DNA from: Candidatus Dormiibacterota bacterium
GTDB taxonomy: Bacteria; Chloroflexota; Dormibacteria; Aeolococcales; Aeolococcaceae
Assembly: GCA_963777285.1 (NCBI GenBank)
Contig: CAVZPR010000002.1
Coordinates: 338,733-402,732 of the forward strand
Length of the DNA stretch: 64,000 nucleotides
Direction: 5' to 3'
The translations under genes and the position numbers were made by a program. Every line of letters starts with the position of its first letter. The stretch's first letter is position 1. Shown here piece after piece: positions 1-9,805 of this stretch. The notes beneath the pieces are model-generated. The model did not search any database. It was not told the DNA's origin and worked only from the letters and a program-made list of their open reading frames with translations.

Positions 1-81
1 CGTGTCCAGCAACTCGCGCTCACCTGAGACGTACGCGACCTCTGGGTCGGTGCGCCGCGGATCGGTGAGATCCTGGACCAT
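1..81 (-). CDS. hypothetical protein, N-terminal 27 codons only (gene continues beyond window start)
   Basis: ATG at 81 on minus strand reads MVQDLTDPRRTDPEVAYVSGERELLDT to window edge; high GC3; no homology assignable. Confidence 0.2.
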   Translation of the reverse strand, partial: MVQDLTDPRRTDPEVAYVSGERELLDT

Positions 82-247
82 CGAGTCGCAAGCATGCCAC
101 CGGCGACCAGCCGGCGAGGCACGGCGCGACGTCAGCCTGCCTCGAGGTTGACAGGCCGGCTGCATCGGTGGTGTGTCCGTCACGGTGCGGATACGACGGC
201 GCCACGTCACGAGGAAGGACGCTTGCCCATCGGTAGGTTCTCACGCG

Positions 248-2524
248 ATGGAAGAGGGTCTTCCCGACGGCACAGCGTCCTCGCCCAACGCCGAGGGAGG
301 ACCAGGCTGGGGCATACGACAGCCACGGCAGCCCGTCGCGGACGAGTGGGACGTGCCCGCACTGGCTTCGACGCCCTCTCTGGCGATACCTACGGCGTCG
401 CAGCCCGACGCGCCCCCTCCGATTGCGCCTCCCAGCACGCCCGAGCTGCCACCGATACGCAGAGACGCGAGTCCTCGGAGGCGGCGTCCGCGCGCCGTTT
501 GGGCGTACGTCGCAGCAGGCGCCGTGGCGGTCGCAGCTTTGTCGGCGGGCACGTTGTACCTGACTCGCCACCAAACGCCTGCCTCTCAGGCGGCCGCGCC
601 CGCGGCCGCTCCCGTCGCGGTGGTGCATTACGGTCCAGCCGTCCTGCAACAGGTCTCGCTGCACGGCGGACCGGCGGGGCCGGCCCTGCAGCTACCGGGC
701 ACGCCCGATGAGATCATCACCACACCTGACAGGTCCAAGGCGTTCCTGCTGGACCCCGAGCACGGCGACGTGGTCCCGGTCGACCTCGCTCACGACCGCC
801 TGGGCCCGTCAATCGCCGTAGGACGGCTCCCTGTGGACGAACACCTCTCAGCCGACGGGTCCACGCTGTACGTCACCGACAACCTGGGCCAGTCCGTGAT
901 ACCGATCGACACTGCCACGCTCGAATCACGGCCGCCTGTGAGCGTGCCGCAAGGTGCCGACCTCTACGTGCCCTCACCGGACGGCAGCCAGGCGCTCGTC
1001 GGCATGTACACCGCCTCTGGCCAACCGGGCCTCGTGTTCCTGACCAGCCCCACGACAGGGCTGGGCGCGCCGCTCGCAGCCGGCCAGAATGCGGTGCAGT
1101 ACGCGTTCTACAGCCGCGACGGGCGCACGGTGTGGGTGGGCGAGCAGGGCCTTGGCAACCAGCCCAGCATCCTCTTCCCGATCGACACATCCACACGGAA
1201 GGAGGGTCGGCCCATCACGCTCGGGCACGCTGCGTCCTCGGCCGCGGTCACGCCCGATGGTCGCCTCGCCGTCGTAACCAACACGCTCGACGGGACGGTG
1301 TCCGTCGTCGATCTGAGCGCCCGTCTGCTTCTTGCGAGCGTCCCTGTCGGCGCCGAGCCGCAGGGCGTCGAGATCACACCCGACGGTCACACCGCGTGGG
1401 TCGCGTGCGTGCTCGATCGCACCCTCGTACCCGTGGACCTCACAGCACTGCATGCCGGCAAGCCTGTGACCCTTGGCAACGCGCCGACGGATCTATCTCT
1501 GTCTTCAGCGGCCGAGGGCTGGGCTCTGTTCCCCAGCTCACCCGGCGATGTGACCTTCCTGCGGGGCGATAGCACGCTGGGCGAAGCGATTCGCGTCGGC
1601 AACGGTCCAAACCTGGTCATTGCGCACGACGGCCGCGACGCCTGGATCGCCAACGGATTGAGCGACACGGTGCAGCGCATCGATCTTGCGAATCAGACGG
1701 CTGGGCCGGCGATCCATGTACCGCAGGACCCGACGCAGGCGTTGCTCACCCCCGACGGTCGCACGCTGCTGGTGCTGAGCTTCGGAAACGGAGCGCAGAC
1801 TGGATCCCTCACCGCGATCAACACAGCCACGTCCAGCGCGTCGCCTCCGCTGGCGGTCGGTGCTGCACCGTCGTCGCTGACGCTCAGCCCAAATGGGACA
1901 ACCGCATTCGTGGCCAACCACCAGGCGAACTCGATCGCAGTGATCGACGTGACGCACATGCGCGTGACGCAGCACCTGGCGTTGCCATGCTCGCCGACCT
2001 CGCTGCAGATCACGCCAGGTGGACGCAAGCTCTACGCTGCCTGTGAGAGCAACGCGCTCGTCGTACCGATCACTCTTGCAAGCCTGACCCCAGGCACCGC
2101 GATTCCAGTGATCAACAACCCGCGGATCATCATGGACAGTCGCGGTACCGCACTCTATGTTCTCGCCGCCCACGCAATCCAGGAGATCGATACCGCGTCA
2201 GACTCCATCACACACAGTGCGCCTGAAACGGGCAATGTGTTCGACGCGGTGCCGGCTCCGAACGACCACACGCTCCTGGCCCTGGACAACGCGGGTGGCA
2301 ACCTTCTGCAGATCGACCCCAGGACACTTGTGACGACGCGTTCGCTCGCGCTCGGCAGCCGTCCCGACAGTCTCGAGCTTTCTCCCGACGGCACGCGCGC
2401 GTACGTCTTGGACAGCACAGAGCAGAAGCTGTACGTCGTCAACGTGCCGGCCTGGTCCGTCGTCGCCACCGTCAGCGTGTCGCCCGACGCCGCTGCCGTC
2501 GTCACACCCGCATCGGTTCCTTGA
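248..2524 (+). CDS. membrane-anchored YVTN-family beta-propeller repeat protein (Pro-rich cytoplasmic N-tail, single TM, multiple ~40-aa YVTD/YVTN-like repeats)
   Basis: Repeated LYVTDxxxxxVxVIDxxT / AWVAxxxxxTLxPVDL units through 783-aa ORF; TM helix AVWAYVAAGAVAVAALSAG; ATG at 248 preferred over ORF-track start 173 (GGTAGG ~10 nt upstream). Confidence 0.7.
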   Translation: MEEGLPDGTASSPNAEGGPGWGIRQPRQPVADEWDVPALASTPSLAIPTASQPDAPPPIAPPSTPELPPIRRDASPRRRRPRAVWAYVAAGAVAVAALSAGTLYLTRHQTPASQAAAPAAAPVAVVHYGPAVLQQVSLHGGPAGPALQLPGTPDEIITTPDRSKAFLLDPEHGDVVPVDLAHDRLGPSIAVGRLPVDEHLSADGSTLYVTDNLGQSVIPIDTATLESRPPVSVPQGADLYVPSPDGSQALVGMYTASGQPGLVFLTSPTTGLGAPLAAGQNAVQYAFYSRDGRTVWVGEQGLGNQPSILFPIDTSTRKEGRPITLGHAASSAAVTPDGRLAVVTNTLDGTVSVVDLSARLLLASVPVGAEPQGVEITPDGHTAWVACVLDRTLVPVDLTALHAGKPVTLGNAPTDLSLSSAAEGWALFPSSPGDVTFLRGDSTLGEAIRVGNGPNLVIAHDGRDAWIANGLSDTVQRIDLANQTAGPAIHVPQDPTQALLTPDGRTLLVLSFGNGAQTGSLTAINTATSSASPPLAVGAAPSSLTLSPNGTTAFVANHQANSIAVIDVTHMRVTQHLALPCSPTSLQITPGGRKLYAACESNALVVPITLASLTPGTAIPVINNPRIIMDSRGTALYVLAAHAIQEIDTASDSITHSAPETGNVFDAVPAPNDHTLLALDNAGGNLLQIDPRTLVTTRSLALGSRPDSLELSPDGTRAYVLDSTEQKLYVVNVPAWSVVATVSVSPDAAAVVTPASVP

Positions 2525-3621
2525 TCGCGCCGCCGCCGGCGCCGCCAGAGCTGCCGGCGCCCGCTGCCGCTTCGCCGCCTCAGCGGCCGCCGAGATTGCA
2601 CCAGCGTCGCGGCCTCATCGTGGCCGCAGTCGTGGTGGGCGTAGGCTGTGTCGCCACCGCCGGCTGGCTGCTCATGTCTCGGGCATCGTCGAGAGGCGGC
2701 GCGGCGCCCTCCGCCGACTCAGCGAACACGGATGACATCGTCAACATCAACGGCGCGGTCGAAGGTGGTTCCGTCTCCGGCACGGGGATCGTCATAAGCG
2801 GTGACGGCCTCGTGCTCACGAACAACCATGTGGTTGCGGGGACCACGTCGTTGACAGCGCAGGTCGCAGGAGGCGGCCCGGTCTTCCCGGCGACGGTCAT
2901 CGGCGTCGATCCTACGCACGACGTCGCCGTGGTACGCCTCGGTGGAGCGTCGGGCATGACCAGTGCGGTCCTGGACACTTCGGGCGCGCTGGCAGTCGGA
3001 GACGCCGTCACCGGGCTGGGAAACGCCCTGGGGCGCAATGGCGCACCCGTCAGAGCCAGCGGCGCCGTGACGTCGCTCGACGAGACCATTCAGGTGAGCG
3101 ATGCAAGCGGTTCCATCACCGAGACGTTGGATGGCGTGATCTGCTTCAGCGCTCGGATAGAGCCGGGTGACTCAGGAGGCCCGCTGGTCAACCGTGCCGG
3201 CCGCGTTGTGGGCATGGACACAGCAGGATTCCGCATCAGCACCGGTTCGACGAGCTCTGGGGGCTGCGCGATTCCCATCACGCGCGCGATCGCCATCGCC
3301 CACGAGATCATCGCGGGTGCCCCGTCGCCATACATCGAGGGGCCACACCGAGCGGCGCTGGGGGTCCGGGTTGCGTTGGTCGCCTCCGGGCCCGGCGTGA
3401 GGGTCCTGTCCGTTGAACCGGGTGGTGCCGCGGCGCTGGCCGGCATCATGCCCGGTGACGCCGTCACTTCGGTCGGCGGGGTCGTGACACATTCGCAGCC
3501 TGATCTCGACGTGGCCCTGAGGCAGCACCGGCCCGGCGATCGCGTGGCCGTCACGTGGTCAGATCCGGCCACGGGACCTCACGCGGCTGCGGTCACGTTG
3601 AGCGCCGGCCCGCCCTTGTGA
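2521..3621 (+). CDS. HtrA/DegP-family trypsin-like serine protease with C-terminal PDZ domain; Pro-rich N-tail + TM
   Basis: Catalytic motifs TNNHVV ... GDSGGPLVN; PDZ-like GVRVLSVEPGGAAALAGIMPGDAVTSVGG; TTG start overlaps upstream stop (TTGA). Confidence 0.8.
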   Translation: MIAPPPAPPELPAPAAASPPQRPPRLHQRRGLIVAAVVVGVGCVATAGWLLMSRASSRGGAAPSADSANTDDIVNINGAVEGGSVSGTGIVISGDGLVLTNNHVVAGTTSLTAQVAGGGPVFPATVIGVDPTHDVAVVRLGGASGMTSAVLDTSGALAVGDAVTGLGNALGRNGAPVRASGAVTSLDETIQVSDASGSITETLDGVICFSARIEPGDSGGPLVNRAGRVVGMDTAGFRISTGSTSSGGCAIPITRAIAIAHEIIAGAPSPYIEGPHRAALGVRVALVASGPGVRVLSVEPGGAAALAGIMPGDAVTSVGGVVTHSQPDLDVALRQHRPGDRVAVTWSDPATGPHAAAVTLSAGPPL

Positions 3622-3670
3622 GCTGAGGGGGAAGCCGCGGCGTCCGCGCGCGTCTCTATCGTGCAGCGCC

Positions 3671-4927
3671 ATGGCGCAGGGCACGAATGCCGCACCGGAG
3701 CACGAGACAGCCGGCGCTGACGCGCCGGTACGCAGCTACGGCGCGCTGCTACGCGTCCCCGGCTTCCGCTCGCTGATGACCAGCGCGCTGCTGTCGCGAA
3801 CCGCCTTGGTGATGTCCACCGTCGTGTTCGTCCTCTTCTCGCTCGCCCGCTTTCATTCCGCGAGCGTGGCGGGGCTCAGCGTCTTTCTCCTGATCTTTCC
3901 GGGGCTGGCCGTGAGCCCGCTCACCGGAGCGCTGCTCGATCGTCTGGGGCGGCGGCGGCTGATGGCCGCCGACTTCGTGGTGGCGGCCGCCGGTGTGTCC
4001 CTGGTCAGCACCCTCGCCCAAACCGGCCGGCTGAGCGTCGCCGGCCTCCTGGTCATCGTCTCCGCCGTCTCGCTCACCAGCACCCTCAGCGCAGCGGGTA
4101 CCCGATCGCTGCTGCCGCTCACAGTCCCCGCTCATCTCTGGGAACGGGCCAACGCCGCCGACACGATCGGCTATGGCGCGGCGAGCGTGGCCGGTCCCGC
4201 TCTCGCGGGAGCGCTCACGCTCGGGGTGGGGCCGTCAGGTGCGCTCCTCTTCGTCGCGGGCGGCTACCTGCTGGCCGCGATCGTCCTCTTCGGCATTCAC
4301 GAGCCCCCCCGCGAGGACCGTCCTCACCACGGCGTCCTGCGCGATGCCTGGCTGGGACTCCGCTACGTGGTGCACAACCGGTCGCTGCGCTGGCTGGCCA
4401 TCTCCACGTTCTTCGCCAACGTCGGCTTCGGCATGGTCATCGTCGCCCTGCCGCTCCTCGTCTTCCGCCTTCACGGCAACGCCGGCGTGGTCGGCGAGCT
4501 CTTCGCATGTGAGGGACTGGTGGGCATCCCCGCGTCACTTCTCGCCGGTCGCCTTCGAATGCAGGGGAGGGAGCGGCGCATCCTCAGCCTCAGCGACGTG
4601 GTGCTGGGCGCGGTCACGCTGCTCCTCCTGCTACCGGCCATTCCACTCCTCGCCGTGGCCATGGCGTTGACCGGCGCCTCCGACGGACCGGCCGGGGTCG
4701 CGCTCTTCTCCTTCAGGCAGCGGCGCACCCAACGCGCCTGGTACGGGCGTGCCTTTGCCGTGTCGATGAGCCTGAACTACGCCGGTGCGCCCATCGGTTC
4801 TGCGCTCGCCGGCCCGCTGATCGCGAGGTCGCTCGATCTCACGGTCACCGGCGCGGCCGTCCTGGCGCTGATCTCGGCGGTGGTCGTCTGGCGCATCCCC
4901 CGCCACGGGGACCCGCCCGCGGCCTGA
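3671..4927 (+). CDS. MFS transporter
   Basis: 418 aa, ~12 predicted TM segments, typical MFS loop motifs (GxLxDRxGRR). Confidence 0.75.
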   Translation: MAQGTNAAPEHETAGADAPVRSYGALLRVPGFRSLMTSALLSRTALVMSTVVFVLFSLARFHSASVAGLSVFLLIFPGLAVSPLTGALLDRLGRRRLMAADFVVAAAGVSLVSTLAQTGRLSVAGLLVIVSAVSLTSTLSAAGTRSLLPLTVPAHLWERANAADTIGYGAASVAGPALAGALTLGVGPSGALLFVAGGYLLAAIVLFGIHEPPREDRPHHGVLRDAWLGLRYVVHNRSLRWLAISTFFANVGFGMVIVALPLLVFRLHGNAGVVGELFACEGLVGIPASLLAGRLRMQGRERRILSLSDVVLGAVTLLLLLPAIPLLAVAMALTGASDGPAGVALFSFRQRRTQRAWYGRAFAVSMSLNYAGAPIGSALAGPLIARSLDLTVTGAAVLALISAVVVWRIPRHGDPPAA

Positions 4928-4962
4928 AACCTCGTCGGCCACAGCCGGAACCCTCACGCTGG

Positions 4963-4991
4963 TTGACAGATAGTGTGATAGCGGCTATGTT
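4963..4991 (+). promoter_or_regulatory. sigma70-like promoter TTGACA-17 nt-TATGTT with embedded palindrome ATAGCgGCTAT
   Basis: TTGACA at 4963-4968, 17-nt spacer, TATGTT at 4986-4991, ~37 nt upstream of GGAGGT SD and ATG 5028. Confidence 0.45.
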
Positions 4992-5027
4992 GGGAAACCG
5001 GCAACCCGCTATGGAGGTTATCTGACC

Positions 5028-5273
5028 ATGGGTCTTGGAGTGGGAATCTTCCTGGTGGCGATCGGTGCGATCCTCGCCTGGGCCGTGAACGTGGACACGT
5101 CATCGGCCGGGGTGAACCTGCACACGATCGGCTACATCCTTCTGGCGGTGGGCGCTCTGGGCATCGTGCTGTCCCTCGTCTTCTGGTCCTCATGGGCGGG
5201 CCCGGGCTACTGGAGCCGTCGTCGCGAGACCACGGTGGGCCCCGGAACGACCACCACGATCGACCAGCCGTAA
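5028..5273 (+). CDS. small membrane protein (two TM helices), unknown function
   Basis: 81 aa; GGAGGT SD 9 nt upstream; followed by strong terminator hairpin. Confidence 0.5.
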   Translation: MGLGVGIFLVAIGAILAWAVNVDTSSAGVNLHTIGYILLAVGALGIVLSLVFWSSWAGPGYWSRRRETTVGPGTTTTIDQP

Positions 5274-5292
5274 GTTCCCCGTCTGCCGTTTG

Positions 5293-5330
5293 GAAGCGGC
5301 CGGCCGCAAGGCCGGCCGCTTCTTCGTGTC
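5293..5330 (+). terminator. intrinsic terminator: 13-bp perfect stem GAAGCGGCCGGCC/GGCCGGCCGCTTC, loop GCAA, then TTCGTGTCT
   Basis: Perfect inverted repeat directly after stop of 5028..5273. Confidence 0.55.
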
Positions 5331-5442
5331 TGGACGTGATGGAGGGCTCGGACCGCGGCGCTGGTCCCTTTCGCTACGGTAGGCCGGACCGGCACACGCC
5401 GAGGGACACGAAGCGGGCGGGGCGGATGCGCAGGAGGACGCC

Positions 5443-7815
5443 ATGGCGGTAGTGGCCACACCCCGGCCGGTGGCCGGCCCCGCGCCCGCAGAGCGGGGAC
5501 GGCGCGCGGCCGACAGCCTCGTCGTCATCGCCTTCGTGGCCTCGGGGGCGGCCGGGCTGATGTACCAGGTGGTGTGGTCGCGGCAGCTGGTGCTGGTGTT
5601 CGGCAACACCACCGAGGCGATCGGCACGATCGTCACCGCGTTCATGGCCGGTTTGGGACTGGGCGGCCTGGCCGGCGGCTTCCTCGGCCCGCGACTGCGG
5701 CACCCGCTGCGCGTCTACGCGGCGATCGAGATCGCTGTGGGATGCGCGGCGCTGCTCGTTCCCGTCGGGTTTCACCTCATCGAGGGCGCCTACCGCTCGG
5801 TGTACGACACGACCTCCGCCGGCCAGCTGACCCTGGTGCGTCTGCTGCTGACGATGGCCGTGGTGACTCCGGTCACCTTCCTCATGGGACTCACGCTGCC
5901 ACTGCTCACGCGCCATCTCGTCACCACGATGCACACGGCGGGCAAGCGCATGGGCCGTCTCTACAGCGCGAACACCTTCGGCGCCATGGCCGGGACGCTG
6001 GTGTCCGGCTTCATCCTCATCGAGATCATCGGCCTGTCCGCGACCACGCATGTGGCAATCGCGCTCAACCTGCTGGCCGGACTGGTCGCCCTCGCGGTGA
6101 GCACGCGTACGGGGGTCGCGAACCGGGAGCAGCCGGACATCGACGGCGTCGCGGTGGCGCGCGCACCGCTCACGACGCGGATGCGACGTCTGGTGTACGC
6201 CGCGACGTTCGTGTCGGGCTTCGTGGCGCTGGCTCTGGAGGTGCTCTGGACGCGCATGCTCGCCGAGGGCACCGGCTCGCGCATCTACAACTTCGTGATC
6301 ATCCTCGCTGTGTACCTGGCCGGCATCGCCGCCGGCGGCTTCGCGTACCGCATCCTCAGCAGCCCGCGGCGCGACACGGTGAGGGTGCTGTCGCTCGCTT
6401 TTCTCATCATCGCGGCAAGCACGCTGCTCACGGTGCCGCTCACCACGTTGTGGCTCTCGACGCTCAACATGGCCCGCGCCTTCATGCTGCTGCCGGCGAC
6501 GCTGTGCATGGGCTATGCGTTTCCGCTGTCGGCCCGGATGCTGGCGCGCGACCCGGCGCACAGCGCACGAAGCATCGGTACGTTGTACGCGTGGAACACG
6601 GTCGGATCGATCCTTGGTTCGCTGGCCGCGGCGTTCGTGCTCGCAGGCACCCTGGGCACCAACAGCTCGGTCCTGGTGCTCAGCGCGGCTGAGGCGGGGG
6701 TGGCGCTGCTGCTCGTCGTCGCCGGCCCCGGAGTGCGCCGCGCGCCCTCAATGCGGCTTTCCCTCGCCGCCGGCGCGTTCGTGCTGGCGCCGGTGATCCT
6801 GGTGGCCACGGGCTCGCCGGTGCTGCTGACCGCGACCGACCACCGGCTGGCCGCCACCGGCCTCCCCTTCCGCCACACCGAGGATCGCCTCTCCACCGTC
6901 GACGCGCTCGGCGGCCCTCCGGCGCGGCGTCGCCTGTTCGTCAGCGGCACGGCAATGACGTCACTGAGCGTCGACACCAAGCTGATGGCGTACATCCCCA
7001 AGGTGATACGGCCCAACGCGCAGAACTTCCTCGACATCTGCTTCGGCATGGGCACGACGTTCCGGTCCGCGCTGATACTCGGCATGCACACCGACGCGGT
7101 GGATCTCTCGCCGTCGGTGCCGTGGCAGATGCCCACGTTCTACCCCGACGCCGAACAGTACCTGCACAGCCCGCTGGCACGCGTGATCACCGCGGACGGT
7201 CGCAACTACCTCCACCTCACATCGCGCACGTACGACGTCATCTCCGTGGACCCGCCGCCGCCGATCAACAGCGCGGGTGCCGTGGTGCTGTACACGCAGG
7301 AGTTCTACGCCGACGCCAAGGCGCGGCTGCGACCCGGCGGCCTTATGCTGGAGTGGCTTCTGTTCGGTGGCGTGCGGCTCGACGAGCTGCGCGAGCACCT
7401 GCACACGTTCCGCTCCGAGTTCTCCTACGTGCTGATCCTCATGAGCCCGGTCGGTGACGGCGTCTACATGATCGGCTCCGATTCTCCGATCAGCTGGAAC
7501 ACCGCGACGGTGAACCGCATCATGGGATCGCCGTCCGCCACCGAAGACATCAGCGACGCGCCCGACTACGCCCGGGTGATCGGAGACACTCCCTGGCCCG
7601 AGATGCTGCAGAGCATGGAATGGATGAACGGAGCCGACGTCGACACCTTCGCGGGCAGCGCCCCGCTCATCACCGACGATCGTCCCCTGAGCGAGTACTT
7701 CTTCCTGCACGACCTCTTCGGCATCAGCAACGACCCCCTCATCTACTCGATCCAGCTGCGACGCCTGTGGCCGGGACTCGGCGGCCCGGCGGTGCAGATC
7801 TCGTCGAGCGGCTGA
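5443..7815 (+). CDS. fused polytopic membrane domain / spermidine-synthase-like polyamine aminopropyltransferase
   Basis: N-terminal ~480 aa multi-TM; C-terminal class-I MTase/spermidine synthase motif DVISVDPPPPINSAGAVVLYTQEFY; AGGAGG SD 5 nt upstream of ATG. Confidence 0.8.
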   Translation: MAVVATPRPVAGPAPAERGRRAADSLVVIAFVASGAAGLMYQVVWSRQLVLVFGNTTEAIGTIVTAFMAGLGLGGLAGGFLGPRLRHPLRVYAAIEIAVGCAALLVPVGFHLIEGAYRSVYDTTSAGQLTLVRLLLTMAVVTPVTFLMGLTLPLLTRHLVTTMHTAGKRMGRLYSANTFGAMAGTLVSGFILIEIIGLSATTHVAIALNLLAGLVALAVSTRTGVANREQPDIDGVAVARAPLTTRMRRLVYAATFVSGFVALALEVLWTRMLAEGTGSRIYNFVIILAVYLAGIAAGGFAYRILSSPRRDTVRVLSLAFLIIAASTLLTVPLTTLWLSTLNMARAFMLLPATLCMGYAFPLSARMLARDPAHSARSIGTLYAWNTVGSILGSLAAAFVLAGTLGTNSSVLVLSAAEAGVALLLVVAGPGVRRAPSMRLSLAAGAFVLAPVILVATGSPVLLTATDHRLAATGLPFRHTEDRLSTVDALGGPPARRRLFVSGTAMTSLSVDTKLMAYIPKVIRPNAQNFLDICFGMGTTFRSALILGMHTDAVDLSPSVPWQMPTFYPDAEQYLHSPLARVITADGRNYLHLTSRTYDVISVDPPPPINSAGAVVLYTQEFYADAKARLRPGGLMLEWLLFGGVRLDELREHLHTFRSEFSYVLILMSPVGDGVYMIGSDSPISWNTATVNRIMGSPSATEDISDAPDYARVIGDTPWPEMLQSMEWMNGADVDTFAGSAPLITDDRPLSEYFFLHDLFGISNDPLIYSIQLRRLWPGLGGPAVQISSSG

Positions 7816-7880
7816 CGTCTCTCCCGAGACCGGCGGCGCGCGTTGCGCCGCGAAGCCGCGCGTGATGCCAAGATTCGTGG

Positions 7881-8261
7881 GTGCCGCGTGACTTCACCGT
7901 CATCCTCGAAGACCAGCCCGGCGAGCTGGCACGCCTGGGCGAGATCGCCGGCGAGACGGGCGTCAACCTCCGGGGCATCGGCGCCTTCACCGGGGAGGGG
8001 CGCGGCGTCATCCACCTCCTGGTCGACGATCGCGACGCGCGCCCGCTGCGCGACGCGCTGAAGAACGCTGCGGTGGGGCTTGCCGACGAACGCGAGGTGC
8101 TCGTCGTCGACCTCGAGGACCGGCCGGGGACGCTCGGCGAGCTGATGCGTCAGCTGGCCGACGCGAACGTCAACGTCGAGCTGGCCTACACGACGTTCGG
8201 GGGTGTGCGCATCGTCATCGCGACGGACGACATGGAGAGCGCCCGCGCAGCGCTTCGCTGA
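7881..8261 (+). CDS. ACT domain-containing protein (two tandem ACT-like halves)
   Basis: 126 aa; GTG start; repeated FTVILEDQPGELARL / VVDLEDRPGTLGEL ACT signatures. Confidence 0.6.
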   Translation: MPRDFTVILEDQPGELARLGEIAGETGVNLRGIGAFTGEGRGVIHLLVDDRDARPLRDALKNAAVGLADEREVLVVDLEDRPGTLGELMRQLADANVNVELAYTTFGGVRIVIATDDMESARAALR

Positions 8262-8268
8262 TCCCGCC

Positions 8269-8955
8269 TCAGCCGAGATCCTCGAGGCCACCCGTCTCGG
8301 CGAAGATCAACTCCTCGGCGATGTTGGTCACGCGGTCGGCGATGCGCTCCAGGTAGTGGGCCACGAACACCAGCCCCGTAGCGCGCAGCGCCAGGCTGCC
8401 GTCCGCGGTCATCTGCTCGACAAGCGTCGCGAACACGCGACGGTACTGCATGTCCACGACGCTGTCTCGGCGCGCCACATCGCGCGCGCTCAGCGTGTCG
8501 CGCGATTCGACGGCCGCGAGCATGTCGCGTACCTGCGCCCCGCACAGCTCGGCCAGCGCGCCTAGCGGCTCGGACGACGGCTTGTCCGCCAGCTCGGTCA
8601 TTGAGCGAGCGATCCGCGCGATGGACACGCAGTGGTCCGCCATGCGCTCCAACTCCGCCGACATGTGTTCAAAGCCGAGGATGTCCCTCAAATCGCGCGC
8701 CACCGGCGCCTGTGTGAGGATCACGTGGAAACACATGTCACGTATCTCGTGGTGCCGCTCGTTGATGGCCGCGTCACCCTCGATGACCGCCGTGCAGATG
8801 TCCGGATTTCGCGTGCGCAGCCCCCAGATCGCCCGCTCGATCGCGATCTCCACCTGCCGTGTCAGATCCATGACGCTGTCGCGGATGTGGTCGAGCTCCG
8901 CTTGCAGGGCCGGCCGGTGGCCGGAAGCGGCCGCGTCCGTCGGCTGCTGATTCAT
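8269..8955 (-). CDS. phoU: phosphate transport system regulatory protein PhoU
   Basis: Two PhoU repeats; ...LERMADHCVSIARIARSM... and C-terminal ERIADRVTNIAEELIFAETG. Confidence 0.85.
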   Translation of the reverse strand: MNQQPTDAAASGHRPALQAELDHIRDSVMDLTRQVEIAIERAIWGLRTRNPDICTAVIEGDAAINERHHEIRDMCFHVILTQAPVARDLRDILGFEHMSAELERMADHCVSIARIARSMTELADKPSSEPLGALAELCGAQVRDMLAAVESRDTLSARDVARRDSVVDMQYRRVFATLVEQMTADGSLALRATGLVFVAHYLERIADRVTNIAEELIFAETGGLEDLG

Positions 8956-8964
8956 CCAGCCACC

Positions 8965-9804
8965 TCAGCCCACCCTGCCACTCACGTACGCCTCCGTCGC
9001 CGCGTTGGCGGGCGCCCCGAAGATCTGGCCGGTGGCGCCGAACTCGATGAGCCGCCCCGGTTCGCCGGCACGCTCGATGGTCATGAACCCCGTGTAGTCG
9101 GACACGCGTGTCGCCTGCTGCATGTTGTGGGTGACGATCACCACGGTGTAATCGGTCGTGATCTCCCGGATCAACTCTTCGATCTTGAAGGTCGCGATCG
9201 GGTCGAGGGCGGAGCAGGGCTCGTCCATGAGGAGGAGCGCCGGGTCCACTGCAATCGCCCGGGCGATGCAGAGGCGCTGCTGCTGGCCACCCGACAGCCT
9301 GACGGCCGGCTTGTGCAGACGGTCCTTGACCTCGTCCCACAGCTGCGCGCGGCGCAGCGCTCGCTCAGCGATGTCGGGGAGATCCCTGGACGGAGCGCTC
9401 CGTGCGATGCGCACTCCTATCACCGCATTCTCGAAGATCGACTTCGTGGGAAATGGGTTGGGGCGCTGGAACACCATGCCGATCTCGGTGCGCACCGAGC
9501 CTGGGTCGACCGCAGGGTCGTAGACGTCCTGACCTGCAAAGGTCACCGTGCCCTGCACGCGCGCCCCTGGGACCAGCTCGTGCATGCGATTGACGCAGCG
9601 CAGCACCGTGCTCTTGCCGCAACCGGAGGGCCCGATGAGGGCGGTCACCTTTCTCGGCGGCGCGGAGACAGAGACCCCTTCGACCACCTTGTTTTTGCCG
9701 AACCACGCGCTCAGGTTCTCCACCGCGAGGCCTTGGCCGGCCGGCTCCGCGCGCTCCCGCTCAGGCGCGACCGGAGCCGCCACTGCAGCCGGATTCGTCG
9801 CCAC
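8965..9804 (-). CDS. pstB: phosphate ABC transporter ATP-binding protein PstB
   Basis: Walker [10 protein letters not shown], signature [17 protein letters not shown], Walker [14 protein letters not shown]; GTG at 9804 placed 1 nt after pstA stop (ORF-track ATG at 9870 would overlap pstA by 65 nt). Confidence 0.8.
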   Translation of the reverse strand: MATNPAAVAAPVAPERERAEPAGQGLAVENLSAWFGKNKVVEGVSVSAPPRKVTALIGPSGCGKSTVLRCVNRMHELVPGARVQGTVTFAGQDVYDPAVDPGSVRTEIGMVFQRPNPFPTKSIFENAVIGVRIARSAPSRDLPDIAERALRRAQLWDEVKDRLHKPAVRLSGGQQQRLCIARAIAVDPALLLMDEPCSALDPIATFKIEELIREITTDYTVVIVTHNMQQATRVSDYTGFMTIERAGEPGRLIEFGATGQIFGAPANAATEAYVSGRVG

Positions 9805-9805
9805 C

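Noticed and set aside
20-664. 214-aa minus-strand ORF overlapping the start of the YVTN gene
   Set aside because: Extremely Arg/Gly-rich low-complexity translation typical of antisense reading of high-GC coding DNA; no motifs
5374-6561. 395-aa minus-strand ORF opposite the membrane/spermidine-synthase gene
   Set aside because: His/Arg/Glu low-complexity antisense artefact; the plus-strand gene has clear domain content
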